Below, one piece after another: positions 1-8,177 of a stretch of DNA of 32,000 bases. Positions within the stretch are counted from its first letter, which is position 1, and each line of letters begins with the position of its first letter. Both the position numbers and the translations under genes were made by a program. This stretch comes from an uncultured Chloroflexia bacterium. GTDB lineage: Bacteria > Chloroflexota > Ktedonobacteria > Ktedonobacterales > JADMIN01. The notes under the pieces are model-generated. The model was not told where the DNA came from. It was given only the letters and a program-made list of their open reading frames with translations, and ran no database searches. The stretch lies in the NCBI GenBank assembly GCA_963718915.1, contig CAVRAI010000003.1:630001-662000 (forward strand), given 5' to 3'.

Positions 1-1262
1 GGCCAATGGACAATGAACGGGTCGCTGGTACCGCCACGATACGTCTCGCGCTTCCAGCGGCGGAACGGCGTATTGCCCGCCCAGGTCCAGCCCCAGGGGT
101 AGTGGTTGAAGGTCTTGGGGCCACCCAACTCATCTAGCTTCGCCAGGCTCTCCGCGAGCGTCTCTTGCGCGTTGTTGAAAAACTGCAACTCATTGGTCGT
201 GCCAGTAGGGCCGCCCTCAGCGCTGGCGCCGTTATCCGAAATGACCATGATGAGTGTGTTGTCGAACTGGCCAATGGACTTAAGGTACTCCACTACACGT
301 CCGATGTGGAAGTCGGTATGCGCGAGGAAGCCAGCGAAGACCTCCATCATGCGCGCGTACAGCCTCTTTTGCTCCGGCGAGAGCGTATCCCACTGTGGCA
401 CATCTGGGTCATGGCGCGAAAGCTCGGCTGTCTGCGGGATGATGCCCAGCTCTTTCTGGCGGGCAAGAACCTTCTCGCGATAGGCGTCCCAACCATCGTC
501 GAACGCTCCCTTGTATTTGTCAGCCCATTCTTTGGGTACGTGGTGCGGCGCATGTGTGGCGCCTGGGCAGAAATGCAGGTAGAACGGCTTATTCGGGGCG
601 ATTTGCTTGGCGTCGCCAATGAACTGGATCGCCTTGTCGGCCAGATCCTCCGTCAGGTGGTACCCTTCCTCGGGCGTCCGGGGCGGTTCGACCTGATGGT
701 TATCGTAGACCAGATCAGGGTAATACTGGTGCGTGTCGCCACCCAGGAATCCATAGTAGCGCTCGAAGCCCCGGCCCAGCGGCCAGCGATCATAGGGACC
801 AGCGGCGGACTCCTGCTCAGAGGGCAGGAGGTGATATTTCCCGATCAAGTAGGTGTTGTAGCCGTTCAACAGCAGCATCTCCGAGAGGAAGCCGTTCTCG
901 AACGGTACCTGGCCATTGTATCCAGGGTAGCCGGTGGCGCCCTCGGTAATGCACGCCATGGCGTTGGAGTGGTGGTTGCGCCCGGTGATGATACACGAGC
1001 GGGTGGGCGAGCAGAGCGCCGTGGTGTGCATATTGGTGTAGCGCAGTCCATTCGCCGCCAGCGCGTCCAGATTGGGTGTCTCGATGGGGCTGCCATAACA
1101 GCCAAGCTGACCGTAGCCGGTGTCATCCAGCACGATAAACAGGACATTTGGCGCGCCTTCCCGCGCGCGGAGTGGCTCTGGCCATGCCGGGCTAGACTGA
1201 TCCGCAGTCAGTCCGATAACACCAGAGAACGCTGTTCCGGGTTTGTATTCCTTGAGTGGCAT
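1..1262 (-). CDS. arylsulfatase (type I sulfatase), N-terminal ~420 codons; 3' end lies outside the window
   Basis: Absent from the ORF track because it runs off the window edge. Manual minus-strand translation from ATG at 1262 gives MPLKEYKPGTAFSG...NVLFIVLDDTGYGQLGCYGSPIETPNLDALAANGLRYTNMHTTALCSPTRSCIITGRNHH. This carries the sulfatase N-terminal DD metal-binding motif and the C-x-P-x-R formylglycine motif (CSPTR). No signal peptide is evident. The 165..1304 plus ORF is its antisense shadow. Confidence 0.85.
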   Translation of the reverse strand, partial: MPLKEYKPGTAFSGVIGLTADQSSPAWPEPLRAREGAPNVLFIVLDDTGYGQLGCYGSPIETPNLDALAANGLRYTNMHTTALCSPTRSCIITGRNHHSNAMACITEGATGYPGYNGQVPFENGFLSEMLLLNGYNTYLIGKYHLLPSEQESAAGPYDRWPLGRGFERYYGFLGGDTHQYYPDLVYDNHQVEPPRTPEEGYHLTEDLADKAIQFIGDAKQIAPNKPFYLHFCPGATHAPHHVPKEWADKYKGAFDDGWDAYREKVLARQKELGIIPQTAELSRHDPDVPQWDTLSPEQKRLYARMMEVFAGFLAHTDFHIGRVVEYLKSIGQFDNTLIMVISDNGASAEGGPTGTTNELQFFNNAQETLAESLAKLDELGGPKTFNHYPWGWTWAGNTPFRRWKRETYRGGTSDPFIVHW

Positions 1263-1348
1263 GTCGCTTTCCCCTTTCAGCGAATGATTCTGAAGCGTGT
1301 GTAGCGCAAGTAGTGCAAGTCGCGCAAGTAACCCGCTCCCAGTAAACC

Positions 1349-1383
1349 CCCTGCCCTCTCCAGGAGGCGCGAAGAGGGCAGGG
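1349..1383 (-). terminator. perfect 11-bp stem hairpin between the LURP-one gene stop and the sulfatase start; possible weak terminator or mRNA-stabilising hairpin
   Basis: ccctgccctct (1349-1359) and agagggcaggg (1373-1383) are exact reverse complements with a 13-nt loop. On the minus strand only GGTTT follows, so the U-tract is weak. Confidence 0.35.
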
Positions 1384-1420
1384 TTGAGGGTCAGCGGCCA
1401 GGGTTGCGTAACGTCGCAGG

Positions 1421-1972
1421 CTAGCGCGCCGGATTCGCCATCATATCCACCGCCACCGTCGCCGCCAGAATAACCACGTCATTCTGACCAGGCTCGATCT
1501 CGACGCCATAGGTGTCCGCCACCCGGAACCACTTCTTCGAGACTTCGGCGACTTTGTGGCCGCCCGCCTCCATCTGATACTCGTGATCGAGGATGTTGCC
1601 CTGAATCTCGAGGTCGGGGCCGTTCCCCACCTTGACGGTCCAGCGGTCGCGGACAGGCGTGATGAGCGCTTTCTTGATTGTCGCAAGGTTTTCGCCGTTT
1701 GGCCCCTCGATCTCCATCGTATCTTTCACACGCATCATCCGTTCCTGAATCTTGCAGAGTTCCTGACCCTGTGGATCCTCGAAGATCAGGGTATTACGAA
1801 CGCGCAACGCTTTGCCATCCACCTTGAAGGCGTGCTCGCCATGATCGTTCTCGATGTTGTAGTCATCCCCGATGGAGACAAGACGCTGGCGCATCTGATA
1901 GCGTATCGCGTTGCCACCTCGTCCAAAGGTTCCGCGCTCCTCGCGGCGTTCTTCTCTGCGTCCACGAAACAT
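1421..1972 (-). CDS. LURP-one-related (DUF567, tubby C-terminal-like) family protein
   Basis: 183-aa ORF. The Arg/Glu-rich N-terminus followed by RYQMRQRLVSIGDDYNIENDHGEHAFKVDGKALRVRNTLIFEDPQGQELCKIQERMMRVKDTMEIE is the characteristic pattern of bacterial LURP-one-related proteins. Confidence 0.8.
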   Translation of the reverse strand: MFRGRREERREERGTFGRGGNAIRYQMRQRLVSIGDDYNIENDHGEHAFKVDGKALRVRNTLIFEDPQGQELCKIQERMMRVKDTMEIEGPNGENLATIKKALITPVRDRWTVKVGNGPDLEIQGNILDHEYQMEAGGHKVAEVSKKWFRVADTYGVEIEPGQNDVVILAATVAVDMMANPAR

Positions 1973-2361
1973 GGTGTCTTCCCCTTCCCTTGTTCTCGTA
2001 TCTTCTCGTGCGATTCTCTTGCGGCGTCACAACGCCGAACCGGCGCTGACTGTGGCCAGGCCATCAGCCTGCCAGACGCATCGTACAGGCGCCCAGTGTG
2101 AGAGGCGCGCAATGCTCGGCTGGCGCCACGTGGCGTAGCCAACGGAAGCGTAATCGAAGGATGTTGTGAGCGCCACATACACAGGGTGAGAACCTGTGGT
2201 GAGGTTGCGCCTACCGCAAAAGGGGTAGTGCGCTGTCCGTATGACCGGGAAGAATGCGCACTCATCAGGCGAGCTGCCCATGTGGGCGGTCGCGCGATTC
2301 GGCCTTCACGAGCATTCACGAGCGTACATGAGCGTAGGTGAACGCGCTGGCGATGAGCGCC

Positions 2362-4113
2362 TTAATCGTCCGCGTGCTCCATGGTCGGGGCGATTTCTTC
2401 GCGCTCGTGGTCGGCGAACTGCTCGCGGTATGCCCTGACACCCGTCGTGACGGTCGGATAAAAATGCTCAGGGCCTATCAGATTGGTCAGCCCATTGCTG
2501 GCGAGCATGTTTCTAAGCGCGGTATTCGCCCGCGCAATGACAAAGGCGATACCCTGTTGCTGCAGCTCGAGAACGAATGTCTGAAGCATCTCAGCCGCTG
2601 TAATATCCAGCGTATGAATCCCTTCCGCGTCGAGCAGAAACCACCGCAACGGCGGCTTGGGCGCATGCGTCAATGTTCGCACCTGGCTCAAGAAGTAGTC
2701 GGCATTGCCGAAAAACAGGGGCGCGTCGAACCGGTACGCAATCAGGCCTGGCTCAGTCTGATTATTGGTATCGGGGCTGATACCGTGATAGCCATCGATC
2801 CCCTTGAACACGCCCAGCACGGTGTCGTGCGGACGCGCGAGCATCCAGATGACGACGAGCAGATCGAGAATGACCGCCGCCGCGAGGCCAGGAAGGATGC
2901 CCATGACCAGGACGCCGACGGTAGTCGCCATCGCCAGATACGCTTCGATGGACCGTATGCGGTTGAGCCGCCGTATCGACGCGACATCGATCAGGCTGAC
3001 CGCGGCGACCAGTATAATCGCCGCCAGTGTCACCTGCGGCAGATTCCGCAGCAGTGGCGAAAGGAACAGCAGGAACACCGCAACCAGGATCGCGGCCACG
3101 ATGCCCGTAAGCTGGGTCTTGCCCCCCGCCTGATCGTTGACCGCCGTCCGCGACTGGCTGGCCGAGCAGGTGAATCCCTGAAAGAACCCCGCGCTGATGT
3201 TGGCGGCGCCAATCGCGATCAACTCGTGGCCGGCATCCAGTTCGTAGCCGTTCTTGGTGGCGAATGCCCGTCCAGTCAAAATCGTATCCGCGAAGGTGAC
3301 CAGCGCCAGCCCGAACGCCCCCGGCAGGAGCGACCCAATGTCACCGAAGCTAATCGCTGGGAGCCTGGGAATTGGCAGCCCGGCGGGGATGGCGCCAAGC
3401 ACAGTCACGCCGTGCGTATCCAGCTGAAAGAAGGTTGAGGCGAGCGTCGCCAGGATCACCGCTATGAGCGCGGATGGCGCCTTCGGCACGAAAAACCGTA
3501 GCGTGGCGATGAGCGCGATCAGGAGAATCCCAATCCCAAAGGTCAGCCACTGCGCCTGATTGAGGTGTGTAATGAGCTCCCACAACGCCGGGAAGAAATT
3601 CTGGCTCGATAGCGTGATGCCGAAGAGCTTGCCCAACTGGCTTGCTATGATGATGAGCGAGGCGCCATTGATGTAGCCGATGAGGATCGGCTTCGACAGA
3701 AAATTGGCAATGAACGCGAGCCGGGCTATTCCGCCGATGAGGAGCAGCGTACCCACCATCAGCGCGAGCATCGCCGCCAGCGCCACATAGCGCGATGGAT
3801 TCCCGGCAACCAGCGGCGCGAGAGTGGCCGCGATCAGGATGGCATTTCCCGATTCCGGGCCGACCATGAGCTGTGGTGAGCTGGCGAAGAATGCATAGGC
3901 GATCATGGCGGCAAACGCGGTGTAGAGACCCGCCACCGGAGGAGCGCCAGCAAGGTCGCTATAGGCGATCCCCTGCGGAATCAAAATCGCGACGATGGTG
4001 ACGCCGGCGATCAGATCGGCCCGTAGCCACCGGCGCTGGTAACTACGGGCAACCTGAATTCCTGGTGTTGCCTGTTCGATGCGACTGAGCGCGCCTCGTA
4101 CGGTGACATGCAT
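2362..4113 (-). CDS. SulP family inorganic anion (sulfate/bicarbonate) permease with C-terminal STAS domain
   Basis: The ORF is open to 4161 (TTG). I prefer ATG at 4113 because GGAGA lies 9 nt upstream. The protein is polytopic (ADLIAGVTIVAILIPQGIAYSDLAG...) and has a C-terminal STAS-like segment (RWFLLDAEGIHTLDITAAEMLQTFVLELQQQGIAFVIARAN). Confidence 0.85.
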   Translation of the reverse strand: MHVTVRGALSRIEQATPGIQVARSYQRRWLRADLIAGVTIVAILIPQGIAYSDLAGAPPVAGLYTAFAAMIAYAFFASSPQLMVGPESGNAILIAATLAPLVAGNPSRYVALAAMLALMVGTLLLIGGIARLAFIANFLSKPILIGYINGASLIIIASQLGKLFGITLSSQNFFPALWELITHLNQAQWLTFGIGILLIALIATLRFFVPKAPSALIAVILATLASTFFQLDTHGVTVLGAIPAGLPIPRLPAISFGDIGSLLPGAFGLALVTFADTILTGRAFATKNGYELDAGHELIAIGAANISAGFFQGFTCSASQSRTAVNDQAGGKTQLTGIVAAILVAVFLLFLSPLLRNLPQVTLAAIILVAAVSLIDVASIRRLNRIRSIEAYLAMATTVGVLVMGILPGLAAAVILDLLVVIWMLARPHDTVLGVFKGIDGYHGISPDTNNQTEPGLIAYRFDAPLFFGNADYFLSQVRTLTHAPKPPLRWFLLDAEGIHTLDITAAEMLQTFVLELQQQGIAFVIARANTALRNMLASNGLTNLIGPEHFYPTVTTGVRAYREQFADHEREEIAPTMEHADD

Positions 4114-4225
4114 GCTGGCGATCTCCAATGCTCGTTCTGGCCCGCTACGACGACAGACCAATTGCCGAAGGTGAAGGTCAGTACAGCATGCGGCGTCGAT
4201 CCGTTCGGCATTGGGCGCGTAGGTG

Positions 4226-5161
4226 TCAGACGCTAGTATTCGTCCCGCCGCTCGCGCTCATACTGATCCCGCTGCTGATACGATTCCGGCTGTTCGGGTG
4301 TCTGCCCAGGCTGCCCACCCTGGTATGGTTGTCCGCCTTGATATGGCTGTCCGCCTTGGTACGGTTGCCCACCCTGATACGGTTGTCCGCCTTGATATGG
4401 TTGTCCGCCTTGATATGGTTGGCCGCCTTGGTATGGTGGTGGTGGCATTTGTGGCGATTCAGGATAAGTCGGAGGCGCTCCTGGTGGGCCGGTAGGGCCA
4501 GGCGTAGGCATCGGCCAGGCGTCATCCCAGGCGTCATCCCAGGCCCCGCCATCGCCGCAGGAGTGGCTCCCTGCTGCTGGGCTGCGGCATGCTTTGCCGC
4601 GGAGTTCCGCGCGACCAGCCAGACGATAAGCCCGATCACCGCGAAGCAGAGCAGCAGGACGACGATGCTCAGGATGGCAAAGCGCGAGTCAGAATTCGTG
4701 TTGCCGGGGAAGACAATGACCCCACTTGTATTAGGGGTCGCCGTGGCCTGGGGCGTCGCGGTCGATTGTGGTGTTGCCGTCGGTTGCGGCGTGATGGTTG
4801 GTCGCGGTGTGATCGTGGGTTGTGCAGTCGGCGCCGTGGTTGCGGTCGCAGCCGCCAGAGGCGTGGATGCAGCGTCGGCGAGCCGAGTACCTGCTGGCTT
4901 TGTGGTTGCGGTCGCCGCTGTCTGCGGAGGTGTGGATGCGGCGTCGGCGAGTTGGGTCCTTGTCGATTGAGCCAGCGTAGGGAGCGGGTGAGCCGTGCCC
5001 ACGACGCTTGGCCCTTCTCCCGATGCGCTGATAGCGCATGCGCCTAACAGGCAGATGGATGACATCAGCGCTGCCAGAGCAATCAGATACCCTTGTCGAC
5101 GCGACAGCCGTACCGTCCGCCGCCGACCTGCACGTGCCCAATGGGGCAACCGGGCAAACAT
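4226..5161 (-). CDS. lipobox-bearing, Thr/Pro-rich single-pass membrane protein (long ORF as sequenced; its last ~95 codons are probably read in the wrong frame)
   Basis: ATG at 5161 is preceded by AAGGAG with an 8-nt spacer. The signal and lipobox region is LIALAALMSSICLLGAC. A T/P/A-rich region follows with an LADAASTP duplication and TITP/TATP repeats, then the TM helix FAILSIVVLLLCFAVIGLIVWLVA. Downstream of ~4512 this frame gives an implausible HIKADNHIKADN sequence. See the 4233..4511 feature. Confidence 0.6.
   Translation of the reverse strand: MFARLPHWARAGRRRTVRLSRRQGYLIALAALMSSICLLGACAISASGEGPSVVGTAHPLPTLAQSTRTQLADAASTPPQTAATATTKPAGTRLADAASTPLAAATATTAPTAQPTITPRPTITPQPTATPQSTATPQATATPNTSGVIVFPGNTNSDSRFAILSIVVLLLCFAVIGLIVWLVARNSAAKHAAAQQQGATPAAMAGPGMTPGMTPGRCLRLALPAHQERLRLILNRHKCHHHHTKAANHIKADNHIKADNRIRVGNRTKADSHIKADNHTRVGSLGRHPNSRNRISSGISMSASGGTNTSV
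4233..4511 (-). CDS. Pro/Gln/Gly/Tyr-rich tail (PPPPY + QGGQPY x7 + acidic end), in the -1 frame relative to 4226..5161; likely the true C-terminus of that protein
   Basis: All nucleotide differences among the seven 18-nt repeat units fall on codon position 3 of this frame and are synonymous (CAA/CAG, GGC/GGT/GGA/GGG, CCA/CCG, TAT/TAC). In the long-ORF frame the same differences change amino acids. There is no good SD before the ATG at 4511. Confidence 0.6.
   Translation of the reverse strand: MPTPGPTGPPGAPPTYPESPQMPPPPYQGGQPYQGGQPYQGGQPYQGGQPYQGGQPYQGGQPYQGGQPGQTPEQPESYQQRDQYERERRDEY
4311..4436 (-). repeat. 18-nt tandem repeat x7 (coding, QGGQPY)
   Basis: Minus-strand units are CAAGGCGGCCAACCATAT, CAAGGCGGACAACCATAT, CAAGGCGGACAACCGTAT, CAGGGTGGGCAACCGTAC, CAAGGCGGACAGCCATAT, CAAGGCGGACAACCATAC and CAGGGTGGGCAGCCTGGG. 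Confidence 0.95.
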
Positions 5162-5590
5162 GGACAACACTCCTTCCCGACCTATCACAGCCATCAGGGC
5201 GCGCTTCTATGGATCTGTCTCACAGGAAGCGTCGCACCTCTTTACAGATCGTTCGTGTGCTATACTGGTTGTGTGCTTAGGCACTCCGCCTTTGGGTGGA
5301 GCGAACGGTTTGCACACGGCGCCTTTTCTAACCGAACATTGATAGCGTTCCCGGCGGGAAGCGTTGCCGGGGTAAAATGTTGGACGTACGCATCCGATGA
5401 TGCACACGCGGCAGCGTTTCGGCGCTGCCGGGCCGCAGTCAATCGGCCAGACGCGGGCGCTTTGTCGTTCCAGGCGACTCGCAAACTCCCGACTTTAGCC
5501 GGGGGTAGTTGACTGGCTAGTGTCGCTATCCATCGCGGGGAGAGCGTGTAGCTCACTCCACGGGCAGTCCGTCTACCCGCTGTTCCAACC

Positions 5591-6007
5591 TCAACTGGTC
5601 AGTACGAGATAGACCGCCAGCACAATGGCCGCCAGCACCAGCAGCAGGCTCAGGGTAAATTCCAGGGCAGGGGACCAGCGATACATGTGCTGGTCGATAG
5701 CCTGCCCGGCGCGGAGGTAGTCCACACCGGCAAGGAAGATCAGGATGCCACCAATCACGACCAGCGCCGTGCCGAACACCGTGGAGACGCCCTCAGGAAG
5801 ATGGCGTGGCAACGTCAATCGTAGCTCGCGCAGCAGCAGACCAAACCGCGCCACCACGAACCCCAGCGCCATCACCGCAATGCCGGTTCGCGCCCAGGCG
5901 AGCATGGTGCGCTTGTTGGCAAGATGGTCGCGGACGAAGTCGCCGGACGGGCGCTCTCTGGTGGGCGTCTCATCAGCGGTCTCATCCGTCCCCTTCTCAC
6001 CCGCCAT
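5591..6007 (-). CDS. DUF202 (YidH-like) membrane protein
   Basis: 138 aa. RDHLANKRTMLAWARTGIAVMALGFVVARF is the DUF202 signature, followed by two further TM helices. GGGGGAG SD lies upstream. Confidence 0.75.
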   Translation of the reverse strand: MAGEKGTDETADETPTRERPSGDFVRDHLANKRTMLAWARTGIAVMALGFVVARFGLLLRELRLTLPRHLPEGVSTVFGTALVVIGGILIFLAGVDYLRAGQAIDQHMYRWSPALEFTLSLLLVLAAIVLAVYLVLTS

Positions 6008-6033
6008 GTGGCTCCCCCATCACGTGTAGCGGT

Positions 6034-6240
6034 TCACGACTGCGAGCGCCGCCCCTGTAAATCACTCCAGAGATCGGCGAGATTGATATTACCCGCAGTG
6101 AGGCTGTTGACCGCGGTACCAATCAACCAGCCGAGGATGCCAAGGCCGGCGGTAAGCAGCACAGCGCCGAATCCAAGCCACGCCCAGACGACCCCGAGCG
6201 CCAGACCGATGATGAGACCGCGTGTTTGAGCTGATGTCAT
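6034..6240 (-). CDS. DUF2273 small integral membrane protein (Asp23-operon associated)
   Basis: 68 aa with two Gly-rich TM helices (GLIIGLALGVVWAWLGFGAVLLTAGLGILGWLIG). Its position downstream of AmaP/Asp23 matches the known operon context. Confidence 0.7.
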   Translation of the reverse strand: MTSAQTRGLIIGLALGVVWAWLGFGAVLLTAGLGILGWLIGTAVNSLTAGNINLADLWSDLQGRRSQS

Positions 6241-6335
6241 AGTGTTGCTTTCCTTCCTGAACGTGTCGGCCCGTCTCGGCTACCCACCTGGCACATACGG
6301 GTGAGAGTGGTATCTCGCGCTGGCTTCGGCTTCGG

Positions 6336-6944
6336 CTACGCCACGCGCGGTGTCCGGCGGCGCGTGTCTTTGAGTACTGGGGTGGTTTGGGCGGTCACGT
6401 GTACCTCGGCAACCGGTAACCCGAGCTGCGTCTGCACGGAGTCTTTGACCCGCTCCTGAAGCTGTTGTCCTACGGATGGCGCATCGGCATCCCAGGCCAG
6501 TGAGGCGCGCGTCGAGATACGGAGGCCATCCGCGCTATCCTTCACCTCAGGCTCGGCATGCACCACCCCCGGCACATCTTCCGCCACATGTTGCACGAGA
6601 TCGCGCACCATCGAACGTCCAAGCGTTACCTGTCCCAGACTGTCCTGGCGGACGACGTACTGCTTCGGTTCGCGCCGCCGGAACAACCGCCCTAGCGGCA
6701 GCAGCTCCAGGATGACCAGCACCAGCCCGACAATCGCCAGCAGAAGCGCGACGAGGACGGCGATGTTGGTCGTCGCTCCACGCAACAGCGCGACCGCCCG
6801 CCACGCGCTGTAGAGCGCAAGGATGGCGCGGAGGTACGAGTTCTCTGGCACGACGATGCCGGTGAGCAGGAGGAAGGTCGTGGCGCCGAATGCCAGGACG
6901 ATAATGCCCAGCACGAGCATGACGATGCGGTTGAAGATATTCAT
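6336..6944 (-). CDS. amaP: alkaline shock response membrane anchor protein AmaP-like
   Basis: The ORF is open to 7070, but ATG at 6944 (MNIFNRIVMLVLGIIVLAFG...) has GGAGGTG upstream and avoids overlap with the preceding gene. It has two N-terminal TM helices plus a soluble tail and lies directly after two Asp23 genes. Confidence 0.65.
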   Translation of the reverse strand: MNIFNRIVMLVLGIIVLAFGATTFLLLTGIVVPENSYLRAILALYSAWRAVALLRGATTNIAVLVALLLAIVGLVLVILELLPLGRLFRRREPKQYVVRQDSLGQVTLGRSMVRDLVQHVAEDVPGVVHAEPEVKDSADGLRISTRASLAWDADAPSVGQQLQERVKDSVQTQLGLPVAEVHVTAQTTPVLKDTRRRTPRVA

Positions 6945-6987
6945 GCCTCTCACCTCCAGCGCGCCATCGTACGCATCCGCGCGTTGT

Positions 6988-7455
6988 TTAGCGCAGATCG
7001 TCGATGTACACGTCAACCCGCGCGAGCGGCAGCGAGGTCGTACCTCGCAGGCCACTATACACCGCCTCACGGATGCGGTCGGCGATATCCCTCAGAATGC
7101 TCTTTCCCTCCGTACCGCGCTTGACCGAATCCGTGGTAGCGGCTGCTGACATCTCATTGCAGTAGGCTTCGCTCAGGATCACATGGGCCTCGAGCGCGAA
7201 CTGATCCGGGGTGAGATGACGCACGACGATACCGGCCACCCGCTTCCCTGAGCCATAGGTTGCCACGAGCGCGAAGACACCTGGGCTGATATCCACGACC
7301 CCGGGCGCCGCGCGGATAGCCTGTGCGGCGGCGGTGGCGATGGTGAAGTCACTCACCTGGTTCGCTGAGCCTTCTCGCGGCGCGGTCTCGCGTGGCGCGG
7401 ATGCGGATGACGACGCGGGATGCGCCGCTGGCCGTGTGACGGTGGCATGTGGCAT
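6988..7455 (-). CDS. Asp23/Gls24 family envelope stress response protein
   Basis: 155 aa. It has a low-complexity N-terminus followed by an Asp23-like core (IATAAAQAIRAAPGVVDISPG ... ILRDIADRIREAVYSGL ... VDVYIDDL). Confidence 0.8.
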   Translation of the reverse strand: MPHATVTRPAAHPASSSASAPRETAPREGSANQVSDFTIATAAAQAIRAAPGVVDISPGVFALVATYGSGKRVAGIVVRHLTPDQFALEAHVILSEAYCNEMSAAATTDSVKRGTEGKSILRDIADRIREAVYSGLRGTTSLPLARVDVYIDDLR

Positions 7456-7525
7456 GCGCTCCTCCGTTTCAACGCCATCGCGGTATCGGCATCTCCGAAC
7501 ATCCCTACGACACGACTACCGCACG

Positions 7526-8026
7526 CTACTGGACGCGCGGCGACTCAGATTCCTCAGCGAAATAGAGGTCAGCCGCGTTGATGTTCACTTCTTTGACGGT
7601 GAGGCCGGTCATCCCACGTACCCGCTCCACGATGTTCTGGCGCACCGCATCGGCGACCTGTGGGATGTTGACGCCATAGTCAACCGTCATATTCAGATCT
7701 ACCGCAGCCTCGCGCTGCCCAACCTCAACGCTCACACCAGTGGTTCGCTGGTCGGTTCGGGCTAGGCGTCCGGCGAAGCCAGCGATGGTGGCTCCCGCGC
7801 CCATAGGGACAAGGTCATGCACCCCCTCAATCTCACGGGCGGCGGCGGCGACGATCTTCGCGACCACGCCATCGGAGATGACCGTTTTCCCCTGGCCAGT
7901 GTCTAGCTGGACAGCATCTGTCTGCTGCGCCGGGACAAGCGCGCTATCGCCGGACGACGGTCGTGACGTCGTGGCGGTGGGTGTGTTCGACCGTTTGGCA
8001 TCTGGCTCCATGCGTGCTTCGGACAT
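7526..8026 (-). CDS. Asp23/Gls24 family envelope stress response protein
   Basis: 166 aa. GKTVISDGVVAKIVAAAAREIEGVHDL ... VAVDLNMTVDYGVNIPQVADAVRQNIVERVRGMTGLTVKEVNINAADL is a typical Asp23 domain. AAGGAGA SD lies upstream. Confidence 0.85.
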   Translation of the reverse strand: MSEARMEPDAKRSNTPTATTSRPSSGDSALVPAQQTDAVQLDTGQGKTVISDGVVAKIVAAAAREIEGVHDLVPMGAGATIAGFAGRLARTDQRTTGVSVEVGQREAAVDLNMTVDYGVNIPQVADAVRQNIVERVRGMTGLTVKEVNINAADLYFAEESESPRVQ

Positions 8027-8086
8027 GATCGTCTCCTTCGCGGGAGGGCGCGGAAACCGCGTATACCCTCATCGGCGTCTGCTGTC

Positions 8087-8115
8087 GCTCTGGTACACTC
8101 TGGTATCACTCTGGC
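8087..8115. repeat. 10/11-nt direct repeat, ~2.8 copies (ctctggtaca / ctctggtatca / ctctggca)
   Basis: Read directly from the sequence. It lies 60-90 nt upstream of the Asp23 operon start codon. Confidence 0.8.
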
Positions 8116-8177
8116 AGGGCAACGCTGTCCCCAGGGATATTCCGTTCGCATGCTGCCAGCACGCTTCTTGCGGCAAG

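Noticed and set aside
165-1304. 379-aa plus-strand ORF
   Set aside because: It is antisense to a clearly recognisable sulfatase (CSPTR motif) on the minus strand. The Arg/Gly/Val-rich sequence has no motifs and is a typical high-GC shadow ORF.
2338-3438. 366-aa plus-strand ORF
   Set aside because: It lies fully inside the SulP permease gene on the opposite strand. Its Arg/Asp/Gln-rich low-complexity translation is a shadow ORF.
4311-4436. CRISPR-like periodicity of short repeats here and at the other tandem-repeat loci
   Set aside because: The repeats are contiguous with no unique spacers, the units are only 8-18 nt, several are coding, and there are no cas genes. These are tandem repeats, not CRISPR arrays.
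4500-4530. Programmed -1 ribosomal frameshifting at the two frame breaks (also 22600-22640)
   Set aside because: Neither site has an X-XXY-YYZ slippery heptamer or an obvious downstream pseudoknot. A single-base indel, whether real or an assembly artefact, is the simpler explanation.
4128-4970. 280-aa plus-strand ORF with LSALIWLSAL repeats
   Set aside because: It is the antisense reading of the 18-nt QGGQPY repeat and the T/P-rich region. The periodicity is inherited from the real minus-strand gene.
6289-6304. Sigma-54-like TGGCAC-N5 motif (tggcacatacgggtga)
   Set aside because: The -12 element TTGC is missing, and the motif is on the plus strand where there is no downstream plus-strand gene.
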